Origin: Campylobacteraceae bacterium
GTDB taxonomy: Bacteria > Campylobacterota > Campylobacteria > Campylobacterales > Campylobacteraceae
DNA: 63,430 nt
NCBI GenBank assembly: GCA_031274495.1
Contig: JAISQB010000015.1
Span: 1-63,430 of the forward strand
Direction of reading: 5' to 3'
Shown one piece after another: positions 45,392 through 55,505 of this stretch (its first letter is position 1; the number at the start of each line of letters is the position of its first letter). The notes under the pieces are model-generated. The model ran no database searches. It was not told the origin of the DNA and saw only the letters and a list, made by a program, of their open reading frames with translations. A program made the translations under genes and the position numbers.

Positions 45392-46642
45392 CTACGCTTT
45401 AATCTCCAGATTTTCAACATCATCGTCAAATTCTACATTTTCTATCCTGCTAAATTCATCGGAAATTTTGGATGTGGTTGTAGATATCTCTTTGACATCT
45501 TTGTGTACCGTGTCTATGTGTTTTGAGAGTTGTTCCCAGCGCTCTTTGTAGAGTTTGAAGTTTTTGGATAGTTTTAACAGCTCTTCTTGGATTTTTTTGG
45601 CTTGCTCTTTTGTTTTGATATCCCTTACGACTGCCATTATCGTGGTTAAAAGTGCCATTAGAGTCGTGGGGGAAGCTATCCAGACGCTTTTTTGTCTTGC
45701 GTAGTCGATCAGATTTTCGTGGTAGGCGTTAATCTCGGCGAAAATCGCCTCTGCGGGTAAAAATAAAATCGCCAGATCCGAAGTAGTGCCCTTGATGATA
45801 TATTTTGAGGCGATATCGTTGATATGTTTTTTCAAATCGCTTCTAAATTCGCCCTGAAAGCTCTTATCCTCGCCCATTTTTCTGTAATTTTCAAGCGGAA
45901 ATTTCGAATCCACGCAGATAAGCCCTACGGGTTCGGGAGCTTTGATGACCGCGTCGGCTATACTGGAATTTGGCAGGGTAAGTTGTATGTCGTACAGGTC
46001 GCGCCTCTCACCGAAAATGGACTTTAATATCGCGTTTAACTGCACTTCGCCGAAAATCCCGCGCGTTTTTTTGTCGGTCAAAATGCCCTGCAAAGAGACC
46101 ACTTCACCGCTTAGATTTTCTATGGTTTTTTGCGCTTGATTTATCTTGGCGATGCCGACAATTATCTCTTTAAATGTCTTATCTACATTCTCAAAGCCGG
46201 TTTTTAGGCGATTTTCAACGCTCTCGTTTATCTTCTCTAATCTCTCGTCTACCTTCTTGGAAAGCCCCTCAAAATCTTTCGCGCTTTGTATCTGCTGCTC
46301 TTTTAGCGAAGAGCTTATCTTTTGCCCTAAAATCTCCAGCCTCTCGTGCAAAAAGGTGTTGAGATTTTTTTGCATTATCTCCAAAGAGGTCGATATCTTG
46401 ATGAAAAGTTCCGCGTTTTTTTCTATCTGCTCTTGTACGGCTTTTGCGTTTTGGAGCTGTTTGGCATCCGACGCGGAGAGGCGCTCATACCAAAATGCCC
46501 TTATACTCTCCTGCTCTTTTTGTCTTAAAAACTTCTCCTCATCAAGCGTTTTGGCAAGGGACTTCACGCCGATGTAAAGCGACGCCAAAGCAAAAACGCA
46601 ACAAAGCAAAACAGCCAAAATAATAATACTTTCTATACTCAT
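45392..46642 (-). CDS. rmuC: DNA recombination protein RmuC
   Basis: It has an N-terminal TM, a long coiled coil and a C-terminal RmuC nuclease-like region (...VDSKFPLE.Y...FLP.E..F). Confidence 0.85.
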   Translation of the reverse strand: MSIESIIILAVLLCCVFALASLYIGVKSLAKTLDEEKFLRQKEQESIRAFWYERLSASDAKQLQNAKAVQEQIEKNAELFIKISTSLEIMQKNLNTFLHERLEILGQKISSSLKEQQIQSAKDFEGLSKKVDERLEKINESVENRLKTGFENVDKTFKEIIVGIAKINQAQKTIENLSGEVVSLQGILTDKKTRGIFGEVQLNAILKSIFGERRDLYDIQLTLPNSSIADAVIKAPEPVGLICVDSKFPLENYRKMGEDKSFQGEFRSDLKKHINDIASKYIIKGTTSDLAILFLPAEAIFAEINAYHENLIDYARQKSVWIASPTTLMALLTTIMAVVRDIKTKEQAKKIQEELLKLSKNFKLYKERWEQLSKHIDTVHKDVKEISTTTSKISDEFSRIENVEFDDDVENLEIKA

Positions 46643-46646
46643 TTTC

Positions 46647-46976
46647 TTACTCTATATCCAATGTATCTAATACTTTTTGTTTGAAGCGGATGATCTCTAT
46701 CTTTTGCCTCAGGTCGCGGTTCTCTTCCATAAGTATGGAGTATTCGCTCCACAGCGCGCTTATATCGCGGCTACGGTAGTATATCTGATTTTTGATGTAA
46801 ATCATCGGAAGCAACAGCATAAATCCCGCCATCATAACCCCGTATGTCCAAAAAAGAAGCTTTGCGGAGAGGTTTGTCTCTTTGGTCTCTTTATGGGCGG
46901 GAGCGCTCTTTTCTTGACTACTCGGGGCGCCCAAAACGATATCTTTATAGCTATCCAAATCATCTTTACCGTACAT
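46647..46976 (-). CDS. FtsL-like cell-division membrane protein
   Basis: It is 109 aa with a single TM followed by a heptad-rich segment (LWSEYSILMEENRDLRQKIEIIRF). It overlaps the rsmH stop by 11 nt and occupies the classic rsmH-ftsL position. Confidence 0.6.
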   Translation of the reverse strand: MYGKDDLDSYKDIVLGAPSSQEKSAPAHKETKETNLSAKLLFWTYGVMMAGFMLLLPMIYIKNQIYYRSRDISALWSEYSILMEENRDLRQKIEIIRFKQKVLDTLDIE

Positions 46977-47901
46977 CCGCCACCCTTTTTATATAAAACG
47001 CCCGAAGTTTTGAACTGCGGCTTCTTGGATTTATCTTTATCTCCTGCTCGCTTGGCTCTATCGCTTTTTTTGTGATGACTTCACCCAAGGCGTGGTTGTC
47101 ACCGCATTCGCAACGAAGCGCGGAGGGGGGGCAGATACAAGACTTTGACCACGATTTAAACGCCTGTTTTACTATCCTATCTTCAAGCGAATGAAAAGAG
47201 ATGATACACACGATACACTCGTCTATCTTACTGTTTTTTATACTATCTAACAGCTTTTCAAGTTCTTCTAACTCTTTATTGACCTCTATCCTCACGGCTT
47301 GAAAAACAAGCGTGGCGGGGGAGACTTTTCTACCGCTATAATGTCCTCTTCGACCGACTAAATCAGCTAAAGTTTTCGCCTCTTTTATGGGGCTTTTTTC
47401 GCGCGTGTCGCATATGAGTTTGGCTATTTTTTTGTACTCTCTAAGCTCGCCGTAATCTCTAAAAATACGCTCTAACTCATTTTTGGGGTATCTATTGACG
47501 ACTTCATACGCGCTTAAAGGTTGCGCGGTATCCATACGCATATCAAGCACGTCTGAGTCAAATCCAAACCCCCTATCCGCTTTATCAAGCTGTAAAGACG
47601 AAACGCCGATATCAGCTAAAATACCGCGTATGGGCAGCTCTTGATATCTATCTATTATATCGCCAAATTTCGCGCGTTCAATTTTGACTCTATCTTTAAA
47701 CTTTTCTAATCTTTTAGTCGAATACTCCACCGCCTCTTCGTCGCGGTCGCAGCCAATGAGACGCAAGATAGGATGCTCCTCCAAAATCATAGAGCTATGC
47801 CCCGCGTAACCAAGCGTGCAATCTAAAAACAACCCCTCTTTCAGCGGCGCAAATATACTCTTCACTTCGTTTTGGAGTACCGGAATGTGAAAAATCTGCA
47901 A
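46966..47901 (-). CDS. rsmH: 16S rRNA (cytosine1402-N4)-methyltransferase RsmH (MraW)
   Basis: Motifs are HIPVL, DCTLGYAGHS, DIGVSS.QLD and SFHSLEDR. I place the start at the TTG at 47901, with GAGGA 7 nt upstream, giving MQIFHIPVL. The ORF-track start at 48042 adds 47 spurious residues. Confidence 0.93.
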   Translation of the reverse strand: MQIFHIPVLQNEVKSIFAPLKEGLFLDCTLGYAGHSSMILEEHPILRLIGCDRDEEAVEYSTKRLEKFKDRVKIERAKFGDIIDRYQELPIRGILADIGVSSLQLDKADRGFGFDSDVLDMRMDTAQPLSAYEVVNRYPKNELERIFRDYGELREYKKIAKLICDTREKSPIKEAKTLADLVGRRGHYSGRKVSPATLVFQAVRIEVNKELEELEKLLDSIKNSKIDECIVCIISFHSLEDRIVKQAFKSWSKSCICPPSALRCECGDNHALGEVITKKAIEPSEQEIKINPRSRSSKLRAFYIKRVADVR

Positions 47902-47971
47902 AATTAAATCCTCAAGAAAACAAATATGATATATAATACACAATTTAGCTTTCAAAAAGGTTGAATAGACA

Positions 47972-48544
47972 ATGCAAAAGTATTTAGTAAATGAGTTAAG
48001 CGAAATCTCGCTCTCTATGTTTAGGAAGAATTTTTTCGGCATTTATCACGGCTCCATATCGGCAAGAACCGAGCAGGATAAATTCATCATAAACAGAAAA
48101 AACGCGATCTTCGATAGACTTAGCGAGAGTTCGTTAGTGGAACTCTACTCCAAAAAAGATTATAGATGGAATGACGCCAGTATAGACGCCGATATACATC
48201 TTAGTGTATACGCTAACATCAGCGAGGCAAAATACGCCTGCTACGCGATGCCGCCATACACAGTCGCATACACACTAAACCACAACAATATCATCCCCAA
48301 AGACTTCTTCGGACTAACACGGATAGGCAAAACTAACATCTACGACCCCAAACAGTTTGAGGATTGGTATGAGAGGGCGGATGTGGAGATATATAGATAT
48401 TTTACGGAAAAAAACAGCAATATAATGGTTATTAAAGGCTATGGCGTTTTCGCGTACGACCGCGATATACACTCTTTGGCTAAAAATGTCGCTTTGATAG
48501 AGAATACTTGCAGGGTTTTGTTGTTAGCGTCTGAAGAAAAATAG
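47972..48544 (+). CDS. Class II aldolase/adducin-like domain protein
   Basis: It has a GSISAR....FIIN pattern and ...DADIHLSVY.... The usual H.H metal-ligand motif seems to be replaced (YAMPPY). Confidence 0.55.
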   Translation: MQKYLVNELSEISLSMFRKNFFGIYHGSISARTEQDKFIINRKNAIFDRLSESSLVELYSKKDYRWNDASIDADIHLSVYANISEAKYACYAMPPYTVAYTLNHNNIIPKDFFGLTRIGKTNIYDPKQFEDWYERADVEIYRYFTEKNSNIMVIKGYGVFAYDRDIHSLAKNVALIENTCRVLLLASEEK

Positions 48545-48705
48545 CGGCGATCTGTCTAAAATATATAACAGACTAACAAAATTTACTAACAAAATCGCTT
48601 TTTCTTTACAAAAAATGCAAAGAAAAAGCCTATTTTAAGCTATTTTAAACACTTTTAAGTGTAAAATCTAACAGATTTAGTTTGTTATTGAAAGGATGCC
48701 TTTTT

Positions 48706-50166
48706 ATGATTACTTGGATGCAGCGCCACAAGAAATATTTGATAGTAACAGTTTGGGTTAGTGTTATCGCATTTGTGTCGGCAGGGTTTATAGGTTGGGG
48801 GGCTTACGATTTTAATCTCGCAAGGTCGTCTTCCGTCGCAAAAGTCGGGGAGCGCACGATAAGCAAGCAGGTATTCTCGCGAAGTTACGCTAACTACTTT
48901 GAATACTACAATTCAGCGGTTTATAACGGAGAACTAACACAAGAAGAGGCACAAAAAGTAGGTTTGGATAAGGGTGTTTTGGATATCCTGATAGACGAAG
49001 CCGTACTTTTAAATTTCGCGGATGAGATGGGTATCACCGTCTTGGATAACGAAGTGATCGAAGCTATAACGGCAGATGAAAACTTTTATGAAAACGGCTC
49101 TTTCAACAAAGATCTCTACCGCACCGCACTTAGAAACGCGGGATTTAAGCCGGCAGAGTATGAAGAGGTGATAAAAAAACAGGTTACGCTAAACAAACTC
49201 TACGCGATAGTTATGAACTTCCCCGTAACCGAACTTGAAAAAGAGATATTGGGCTCTGCTATGTTTATGGAAGATAGGCTATTGGTCTCCACCGTCACGG
49301 TTGATGATAGCGAAATCAAAATCAGCGAAAATGAGACAAAAGCGCATTGGGATATGTACAAAGATAATTTCTTGACGGAAAAAGTTTACAATTTTGAGAG
49401 CATTTTTGTGCCGCTGTCTAAAGAGAGTTTGAGCGAAGAGGATATCAAAGCCTACTATGAAGAGGTGAAATATTTTTATAAAGACAGTGAAGACAGACTA
49501 CTTGACTACGCGGCAGCAAAAAAAGATGTAGAAAAAGCGCTAAGGACTAAAAACGCCGAACAAGACGCGCTAAAGACTTACTTAGCATTTAAAAAAGGCG
49601 AGAAGAGCGCGCAAAAAAATGTGACTGTCACAGAGTCGAGCAGCGACTATAATGTATCGCTTTTTAGCGATGCAGTTGTGGGTGAAGTTTTGCGTCCTGT
49701 CCAAAAAGGCAACGGATGGGAAGTCTTGAAGCTCGTTAGCATTAACGCGCCTACCCTTAAAACTTACGAAGATGCCAAAGAGCAGGTGCTTGCCGTACTT
49801 AAAGCAAACAAAAGAGTAGAACTTTTGTCGCAAAAATCACAAGCAAGATTAAAACTCTTTAAAGGCAGTGATTTGGGCTTTGTAACAAGAGGTGAAAAAA
49901 ATATCACAGGACTCACAAGCGACCAATCCGCACAGTTTATCAACACAGTATTTAGCTCCAAAGAGAAAAGAGGCTATGTGATATTGGGCGATAAAGCCTA
50001 TCTATACAATATCGCCGAGCAGAGATTGCCAAGCGAAAAGAGACTCAAGGAAAACGACTTAGACCTTGAAAATACGGTAAGAAGAATCAGAGAGACCGAA
50101 ATGCGGCAGAAACTTATCAATACGCTCAAACCAAGGTATAAAATTGAGCAATATTATAAAGGATAA
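48706..50166 (+). CDS. Periplasmic chaperone / peptidyl-prolyl isomerase PpiD-like (SurA N-terminal domain family)
   Basis: The N-terminus is MITWMQRHKKYLIVTVWVSVIAFVSAGF, a membrane anchor typical of PpiD. It lies upstream of ftsA as in Campylobacter. I place the start at the ATG at 48706. Confidence 0.8.
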   Translation: MITWMQRHKKYLIVTVWVSVIAFVSAGFIGWGAYDFNLARSSSVAKVGERTISKQVFSRSYANYFEYYNSAVYNGELTQEEAQKVGLDKGVLDILIDEAVLLNFADEMGITVLDNEVIEAITADENFYENGSFNKDLYRTALRNAGFKPAEYEEVIKKQVTLNKLYAIVMNFPVTELEKEILGSAMFMEDRLLVSTVTVDDSEIKISENETKAHWDMYKDNFLTEKVYNFESIFVPLSKESLSEEDIKAYYEEVKYFYKDSEDRLLDYAAAKKDVEKALRTKNAEQDALKTYLAFKKGEKSAQKNVTVTESSSDYNVSLFSDAVVGEVLRPVQKGNGWEVLKLVSINAPTLKTYEDAKEQVLAVLKANKRVELLSQKSQARLKLFKGSDLGFVTRGEKNITGLTSDQSAQFINTVFSSKEKRGYVILGDKAYLYNIAEQRLPSEKRLKENDLDLENTVRRIRETEMRQKLINTLKPRYKIEQYYKG

Positions 50167-51539
50167 TGCTTATGACAATTTTAGGCATTGACATAGGTTC
50201 GACCAAGATTTGTGCCATCATCGCCCAAAAAAGCGATATAGGTGATACAAAGATACTTGGTGTGGGCGTTGCGAAATCTCAAGGCTTAAAAAAAGGGGTC
50301 ATCACAAATATCGACCTCGCGTCCAAGTCCATCAAAAGCGCCATCAGCGAAGCCAAAAGAGCTGCAGGTATGCAGTTTGAAAGAGTTATCGTCTCAGTTT
50401 CGGGCTCCTATGTTAAAAGTATGGACAGCAGCGGCATAGTCAATATCCCAAACCGTGATATAGGCATCAAAGAGATAACCCGCGCTATGCAGATGGCTGA
50501 TTATAACGCTAACGCCACGATACCCCAAGAGCACGAGAAGCTGCATGTGCTTCCCTATAACTTCATAGTGGACGACCAATCCTCCATAGAAGACCCTCTG
50601 GGTATGAACGGCGGCAGACTTGAGGTGCAAGTGCATATCGTCACGGCGCAAAGGTCGTCGTTGATCAACCTAAAAAAAGCTGTCAAACTTGCCGGTATCG
50701 AGATAGATAATTTAGTATTAAATAGCTACGCTTCCAGTATAGCAGTTCTAAGTAGAGATGAAAAAGAGCTTGGCGTCGCTGTAGTGGATTTGGGCGGGGC
50801 TACTTGTAATCTCGCCGTACATGTAGGAAACTCCGTACGATATAACGACTTTTTGGGTATCGGCTCGGCAAATATAACAAATGACCTCTCTATGGCGCTG
50901 CACACGCCGATCAACTCCGCCGATGAGACTAAAATCAAATACGGCTCTTTAAAAAACATCTCGGGCGAATTGATAAAATTGCCCCTTATCGGAGATGAGC
51001 ACTCCACTCACGAAGTATCTTTAGAGATGGTATCAAATGTGATATACGCAAGAGTGGAAGAGACTTTGGCGATACTGTCTAATTCTTTAAATAAATGCGG
51101 CTACAAAGACAAAATCGGCGCCGGGGTTGTATTGACCGGCGGTATGACAAAGTTAGAGGGCATAAGAGAGCTTGCTGCGGCGATATTTAATATGCCTGTG
51201 CGCATAGCTAAGCCAAAAGAGATGGAGGGGTTGTTTGAGATATTAAGAGACCCCGGTTTTGCGACGGCGGTAGGTCTGGTGCTTTACGGCAGCGGATATT
51301 TTACCCCTTATGAGATTGATTCAAATAAAAAATTACGATATAGAAACGAAACGCTTGAAGAGGGCAAAAATATCAATACTTTATTGCCCGATGATGATGA
51401 AGATAGTCCGCTGTCAGGAGAAGATTTGCGGTTGGAAGGGGGCAAAAAGCTCTCAAGTTTAGCAGAGATAGATAAAAAACCAAATAGAGTTGCGGCGTTT
51501 TTTCAAAGTTTGTGGCGTCGCCTGACACAACTATTCTAA
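50166..51539 (+). CDS. ftsA: Cell division protein FtsA
   Basis: It has an actin-like ATPase fold (GIDIGSTKI, DLGGAT, LTGGM) and a C-terminal amphipathic helix. Confidence 0.95.
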   Translation: MLMTILGIDIGSTKICAIIAQKSDIGDTKILGVGVAKSQGLKKGVITNIDLASKSIKSAISEAKRAAGMQFERVIVSVSGSYVKSMDSSGIVNIPNRDIGIKEITRAMQMADYNANATIPQEHEKLHVLPYNFIVDDQSSIEDPLGMNGGRLEVQVHIVTAQRSSLINLKKAVKLAGIEIDNLVLNSYASSIAVLSRDEKELGVAVVDLGGATCNLAVHVGNSVRYNDFLGIGSANITNDLSMALHTPINSADETKIKYGSLKNISGELIKLPLIGDEHSTHEVSLEMVSNVIYARVEETLAILSNSLNKCGYKDKIGAGVVLTGGMTKLEGIRELAAAIFNMPVRIAKPKEMEGLFEILRDPGFATAVGLVLYGSGYFTPYEIDSNKKLRYRNETLEEGKNINTLLPDDDEDSPLSGEDLRLEGGKKLSSLAEIDKKPNRVAAFFQSLWRRLTQLF

Positions 51540-51546
51540 AGGGGAG

Positions 51547-52653
51547 ATGATGAGTAATTTTAAAGTAGAAGAAGCAAAGCACATCTATGGCGCAAAGATA
51601 AAGGTCATAGGTGTCGGCGGCGGCGGCGGCAATATGATTAACCATATGGTAAAAGAGGGCATTAAAGGCGTCGATTTGATAGCTGCCAACACAGATTCGC
51701 AAGCGCTTGAAAACTCACTCGCTACCTCTAGGATACAAATCGGCGAAAAGAAAACGAGAGGCTTGGGCTCCGGCGGAAAACCCGAAGTGGGCAGAGAGTC
51801 CGCGGATGAGAGCTATGAAGAGTTAAAAAGCGCGTTAGAGCACGCCGATATCGTATTTATAGCTTCAGGCTTAGGCGGCGGTACGGGAACGGGAGCAGCT
51901 CCCATCGTGGCACAAGCGGCAAAAGAGATCGGCGCGCTAACAGTATCTGTCGTTACAAAACCGTTTGCGTTTGAGGGCAAAAAGAGAATGATGCTCGCCG
52001 AAAACGGTCTTGCCGAACTTAAAAAAGAGAGTGACTCCATAGTTGTCATACCAAACGACAAGTTACTTAGCATCATAGACGCAAATGCCGGTATTGAAGA
52101 GAGTTTTAAGATGGTAGATAGCGTATTGTGCCGCGCTGTCAGCGGTATCAGCGGCGTTATCCTATCAAAAGGGATCATAAATGTGGATTTTGCCGATGTT
52201 CAGACGATTATGAGCCACCGCGGCAAAGCGCTTCTTGGAGTAGGCGAGAGTTCGGGCGCTGACGCAGCAAACGAAGCGGTCAGAAACGCGATACAATCCC
52301 CACTGCTTGACGATATGTCTATGAACGGCGCTCTTGGCGCACTCGTACACTTTTACGCGCACCCAAAAGAGTGCTCTCTTAGAAAGATACAAGAGGCTAT
52401 GAATATCATCTATGACGCGGCGAGCGTAGAAGCTGATATCATAGTAGGCATCACAACAGATGAAAATATCAAAGACGGTTATGTCAGAGTAACGATAGTA
52501 GCAACAGGCTTCGACAACAAACTCGCCGACATAGTCGAAATCAAACAAAAAGAGCGCGAAATGCCGCCGATCAGCAGAAAAGTCTCCGGCGGCGACAGTA
52601 TCCAAGAAGAGTTTTTGGAAATACCAACAATATTAAGAAGACAGATGGATTAA
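51547..52653 (+). CDS. ftsZ: Cell division GTPase FtsZ
   Basis: It has the tubulin signature (GGGTGTGAAP), GVGGGGGN and NTD. Confidence 0.97.
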   Translation: MMSNFKVEEAKHIYGAKIKVIGVGGGGGNMINHMVKEGIKGVDLIAANTDSQALENSLATSRIQIGEKKTRGLGSGGKPEVGRESADESYEELKSALEHADIVFIASGLGGGTGTGAAPIVAQAAKEIGALTVSVVTKPFAFEGKKRMMLAENGLAELKKESDSIVVIPNDKLLSIIDANAGIEESFKMVDSVLCRAVSGISGVILSKGIINVDFADVQTIMSHRGKALLGVGESSGADAANEAVRNAIQSPLLDDMSMNGALGALVHFYAHPKECSLRKIQEAMNIIYDAASVEADIIVGITTDENIKDGYVRVTIVATGFDNKLADIVEIKQKEREMPPISRKVSGGDSIQEEFLEIPTILRRQMD

Positions 52654-52659
52654 TTCCAC

Positions 52660-52716
52660 CCCTCACGGCGCGGTCTCCCTCCTTCAAATCCGCACCGTAA
52701 GGGTTTGTATTTGTTT
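52660..52716 (+). terminator. Rho-independent terminator after ftsZ
   Basis: CCCTCACGGCGCGG-N16-CCGCACCGTAAGGG (14-bp stem with two C.A mismatches) is followed by TTTGTATTTGTTTT. Confidence 0.6.
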
Positions 52717-52877
52717 TAATAATCACATATCTTCGAAACAAGCACCCCATTTCACCGTTCCCACAAGTAAAATCTTGAAGTGTTTTTATGAAATAAAATG
52801 TTTTCTTGAAAACAGGAAGGCAAAGAATATAAAAACAACTCTCACACCAACTCTACCTTCGCTGTTTTGTTTTTATA

Positions 52878-53360
52878 CTATTTCAAATACAACCAAACAC
52901 GCCTGAAAAATAGACCCACTTGCGCCAATAAAATGGCTTTCATTACGATTTCACTCCAGTTGTGGATGCTTCTAAATTCCGTCGTTGCGGTAGCTTCGGC
53001 GCCTGCTTTTTGTGCTTCTACTATGTAAGGCGTGAAGTATAAGACGAATGCCAGCGAGCCAAGCAGCGCGACGGAAAACAAGAGTGCGCTTGCCAAATCG
53101 TATCTTTTCGTTCTGTACAGATATATCTCGTACGCCGCGATTAAGAGTGTGCTAAGCATCAATAATACATTGAACTTCAAAAATATCTGCGTCATCAAAA
53201 CGCCGCTTTGGAAATGGTCCAACACCCCCTCGCCCAAAAATCTATCGGGGAAAAAGATGACGGGTGCTGCCAATACACCCACGGCGATTTCAGCGCCAAT
53301 GCAGAGCCCTAACAGCAACAGATATGTTATAAACATACTTTTTTGCCAAGATGTTTTCAT
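52878..53360 (-). CDS. Integral membrane protein, DUF4149-like
   Basis: It has four TM helices and is 160 aa. The family call is from my recollection of the pattern. Confidence 0.6.
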   Translation of the reverse strand: MKTSWQKSMFITYLLLLGLCIGAEIAVGVLAAPVIFFPDRFLGEGVLDHFQSGVLMTQIFLKFNVLLMLSTLLIAAYEIYLYRTKRYDLASALLFSVALLGSLAFVLYFTPYIVEAQKAGAEATATTEFRSIHNWSEIVMKAILLAQVGLFFRRVWLYLK

Positions 53361-53362
53361 AT

Positions 53363-54178
53363 TTATCCTTTCACTATAAATCCTCTATCAAGACCACTTA
53401 GATCTTGATAAAAGGAGTAATTTTTTATGCCAAGCTCTTTGAAAAACCGCTCTATAGAGCTTTTTTGGTCATACCCCATCTCACACGCAAGCGGCACGCC
53501 TCCAAGTTCACGCGACAAAAGAACGATATTTTTTAGTATCTCATCACCGCAAATTCCCCCAAAAAGCGCGTCGTGCGGCTCATTTAGCACGTGCTTTTCA
53601 AGCTCCTCTTTTGTAGATATGTAAGGGGGATTTGACACGATAATGTCCGGCTTTTCAAGCCCGTCAAGATAACTCGTAAGATAAAACTTCACTCTATCTT
53701 CGACGCCAAACTTTTCCGCATTGCGGCGTGATAAAGACACGGCTTTTTCGTTTATATCACTTCCTATTATCTTGATATCGGGCAGCAATAGAGCCAACAT
53801 AACGCTTATCACGCCGCTACCGCAGCCTATCTCGGCTATCGTTTTCGCGCCAAACTCTTTTATGAGTTCCGCCGTCTTATCGACCAATATTTCAGTCTCC
53901 GGACGCGGCACCAAAACGCCCTCTTCTATCTCAAATATTTTAGAGTAAAAAGAGACCTTTTTCGTGATGTACTCAAGCGGCGTATGGGTGGCGCGGCGTC
54001 TTATCCACTCTAAAAAGCCATCAGGGTTTTCCACCTGCGCGTCATCGTGAGCGATCAGAAAACTGTCATCTTTTTGCATCCACTCTTTAAGCAAGATAAA
54101 AGTTTCACGCTTTGGATTTCTCACATTTGAAAGCAGCCCAGCTCCGATATTTAAAAGCTCTTTTACGCTCGCCATCAC
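53363..54178 (-). CDS. prmC: Release-factor glutamine N5-methyltransferase PrmC (HemK)
   Basis: It has a SAM-binding motif (EIGCGSG) and the catalytic motif VSNPPYI. Confidence 0.92.
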   Translation of the reverse strand: MMASVKELLNIGAGLLSNVRNPKRETFILLKEWMQKDDSFLIAHDDAQVENPDGFLEWIRRRATHTPLEYITKKVSFYSKIFEIEEGVLVPRPETEILVDKTAELIKEFGAKTIAEIGCGSGVISVMLALLLPDIKIIGSDINEKAVSLSRRNAEKFGVEDRVKFYLTSYLDGLEKPDIIVSNPPYISTKEELEKHVLNEPHDALFGGICGDEILKNIVLLSRELGGVPLACEMGYDQKSSIERFFKELGIKNYSFYQDLSGLDRGFIVKG

Positions 54179-55374
54179 ACATCCACGCCAAGCGCTTTCA
54201 ATCTCTCGACCAAAGGCGGATGCGTGTGGTAAAAGGCGATATATAGAGGATGTGAGCGCGGAAAACTTTTGTTTTCATCGGTAAGTTTGATGAGCGCCCC
54301 CGCCAAAGCCTCTTTGCTTTCACATTCGCTTCCGTATTCGTCCGCTTTGTATTCGTTTTTACGGCTAAGCAATCCAAAAAGCGGCATCACGACAAAACTT
54401 ACGACAGATGAGAGCAGTAAAAATATCGCTATGACACTGTGCGCGCCGTTTTGTATCTCTAAAGCCTCATATACGCTATCTGGCAGATTTCCGAATAGCG
54501 CGAAAAGGATAAATAGCAGCCCTGCCGTTGCGGCGATATTTTTCAATATATCTTTATGCTTAAAGTGTCCCAGCTCGTGTCCCAAGACAGCCAAAAGTTC
54601 GCTTTGGTTTAGTTTTTTGATGAGAGTGTCGAAAAGCACCACCCTTTTTGATTTGCCAAGTCCGCCAAAATAGGCGTTTAGTCTATTGTCTCTTTTGCTC
54701 GCGTCCATCGTAAATATCCCCGAACTCTTCAGCCCAGCTTTTTGCATCAAAACTTCGATGGAATCCCTAAGCGCACCCTCTTCAAGCGGGGTAAATTTAT
54801 TGAAAATAGGGGCGATAAATGTGGGATAAAACATATTTATAAACAAAACGACCGCGAAAATAACGCCAAAAGACCAGAGCCACCACAGCGAAAAGCTTGA
54901 TATTATCCACGAAACGAGCGCTATTATCAAGCCTCCTACGATGATAAAAATCACGGCGGATTTGATATTGTCGAGGATGTATGTCTTAGCGTCGATGGTT
55001 GAAAAACCAAACTTTCTATCTTTCACAAATGTGGAGTATATGTCAAACGGTAGCGACAAGATGAAGTTTATCGCGATAAAACTCATCACAAAAAGAACGC
55101 TTTGAAACACTCCGCCATCCGTTATAAAAAACGCTTCAAGCGCCTTAAGTCCGAACATTATCCAAAACAAAAAGAGCGCGTAGTCGTAGAGGTTTGAGAG
55201 TATATTAAATCTCTCGTTGGCTATTTTATACTCCGCCGCTTTTTGATAATTTTCGCTTGAAAGTATAACGGGCGGGAGATTTTTGGCTTTGGAGACAAAG
55301 CCTATCTCGCTCGCTGATATATAAATTTTGGCTAAAAAATATAAAAAGTAGAGAGTTATTATAAAAATTATCAT
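54175..55374 (-). CDS. M48-family (Ste24/HtpX-like) membrane zinc metalloprotease
   Basis: It has multiple TM helices and an HELGHFKH zinc motif with a downstream E....D. It overlaps prmC by 4 nt. Confidence 0.88.
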   Translation of the reverse strand: MIIFIITLYFLYFLAKIYISASEIGFVSKAKNLPPVILSSENYQKAAEYKIANERFNILSNLYDYALFLFWIMFGLKALEAFFITDGGVFQSVLFVMSFIAINFILSLPFDIYSTFVKDRKFGFSTIDAKTYILDNIKSAVIFIIVGGLIIALVSWIISSFSLWWLWSFGVIFAVVLFINMFYPTFIAPIFNKFTPLEEGALRDSIEVLMQKAGLKSSGIFTMDASKRDNRLNAYFGGLGKSKRVVLFDTLIKKLNQSELLAVLGHELGHFKHKDILKNIAATAGLLFILFALFGNLPDSVYEALEIQNGAHSVIAIFLLLSSVVSFVVMPLFGLLSRKNEYKADEYGSECESKEALAGALIKLTDENKSFPRSHPLYIAFYHTHPPLVERLKALGVDV

Positions 55375-55505
55375 CTATTATCCTAAAATTTTTGCCCTAT
55401 TCTATCAAAAGAGCGGTAAATAATAACTTGTTTTTGGAAATATGCGGGCGGTTTGGGGCGTTTATAAAAAATCCCGAACGCCCTTTTATATCTCTAAGGC
55501 AGCGG

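Noticed and set aside
47125-47131. A G7 homopolymer (C7 on the coding strand) inside rsmH, and G6 runs at 5265-5270 (hypF) and 40134-40139 (lolA), as contingency tracts
   Set aside because: All are in-frame in intact, conserved housekeeping genes (encoding Pro-Pro or Gly-Gly). They are shorter than tracts known to phase-vary in Campylobacter.
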